Positions 62,975 to 64,000 of a DNA stretch of 64,000 nt are shown piece after piece (the stretch's first letter is position 1; each line of letters opens with the position of its first letter). The notes beneath the pieces were generated by a model. The model was not told the DNA's origin, made no database searches, and worked only from the letters and a program-made list of their open reading frames with translations. Origin of the DNA: Tubulanus polymorphus (lineage: Eukaryota; Animalia; Nemertea); the NCBI RefSeq assembly GCF_964204645.1, contig NC_134030.1, positions 3,886,778-3,950,777 on the forward strand, read 5' to 3'. The position numbers and the translations under genes are program-made.

Positions 62975-64000
62975 ATCAGCCCCTTCACTCGCCATCACCC
63001 GGGCAACAACATCAGCCCACGCACGTCTGCAGATCGGCACTTCTTGAAACTCAGTTTTCCCTTCCTCCTTCGTCGATCTGCAGGTCACGCAGTGTTAAAT
63101 ATCTGTCAACACTCCTTGAACCAGTGGGCGTGCAGTCCTTCCTTACTTTTATTTTGAAAAATATAAAAACAAAAAACCAGACCTTTATTTAATCATTGTT
63201 TTTATGGAGTTTTTACGGTTTCTCCAAAAAAATTTAAAATGACACAAATATAAAAAAATTCATTAACATTTCATCAATTTATTTATTTTTTGGATTAAAA
63301 GAAATTTTTTTCCATCATCTCCCATTCTCATTCATATACATTTTAAATCATTTATTCATTTGTTTTTTGACTGTACGTCCCACTGTGTTCCATACCATTT
63401 TTGCAAAACCTTATTCATTAAGGTCCATTTTGCTTCTCACGATGCTGAAGCATTTACCATTTTTGCATTTCCTCTTGCAACACCTTATTAACTATGGTTC
63501 ATTTTGCTTCTCACAATGCTGAAGCATTTACCATCCTCGCATTACCTCTTACCATGTCTTATTAACGAAGGTTCATTTTGCTTCTCACGATGCTGAAGCA
63601 TTTACCATCCTCGCGTTACCTCTTACAACACCTTATTAACTAAGGTTCATTGTGCTCCTCATGATGCTGAAGCATTTACCATCCTTGCATTACCTCTTAC
63701 AACACCTTATTAACTAAGGTTCATTTTGCTTCTCATGATGCTGAAGCATTTACCATCCTTGCATTACCTCTTACAACACCTTATTAACTAAGGTTCATTG
63801 TGCTTCTCATGATGCTGAAGCATTTACCATTTTTGCATGGTCTTTCTTATGAGTCATCTATTCTAACGCTATGGTCGGCCATGTAAAATCTCTTTCGGGA
63901 TATGCAGGGAATCAATTCCTATAATAACTCCTATGGAGTTTGAAAAAGGTGGATTTTTCAAATCAAAAGGAACAGCATTCACATGTGATTCCTTATTGAA

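Larger units (their letters stand above)
34198..64000 (+). repeat. ~34 kb tandem unit, copy 2 (runs off the window end)
   Basis: Colinear with 1..~32950, with scattered substitutions, different array copy numbers, one inversion and several deletions. Confidence 0.97.

Overview
AT-rich animal (invertebrate-type) genomic DNA. The window is two head-to-tail copies of a ~34.2 kb unit: position 1 matches 34198, and the end of the window matches ~32950. No unit junction is visible, so the array may extend further, or the two copies may be haplotypes assembled in tandem. Each unit carries: (i) five or six satellite/minisatellite arrays (62, 97, 141 with higher-order structure, 162, 26/28 and 74 bp), most with stem-loops in each monomer; (ii) a ~370-nt imperfect fold-back with ~170-bp arms, resembling an hpRNA locus; (iii) a run of repeated exon/intron modules with intact splice sites but no ORF; (iv) a predicted three-exon Pol II gene. 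The gene has a UPRE/CCAAT/CRE/TATA/Inr promoter. Its phase-matched coding exons give a 282-aa protein with a death-fold-like N-terminus and a disordered Pro/acidic/basic, NLS-bearing tail, and it is intact in both copies. The gene's large intron holds decayed BEL/Pao and Penelope (GIY-YIG) retroelements, a CORE-type SINE and a MITE. The copies differ by array copy numbers, a 200-bp inversion and a 2.9-kb deletion. All homology calls come from motif recognition by eye; no searches were run.
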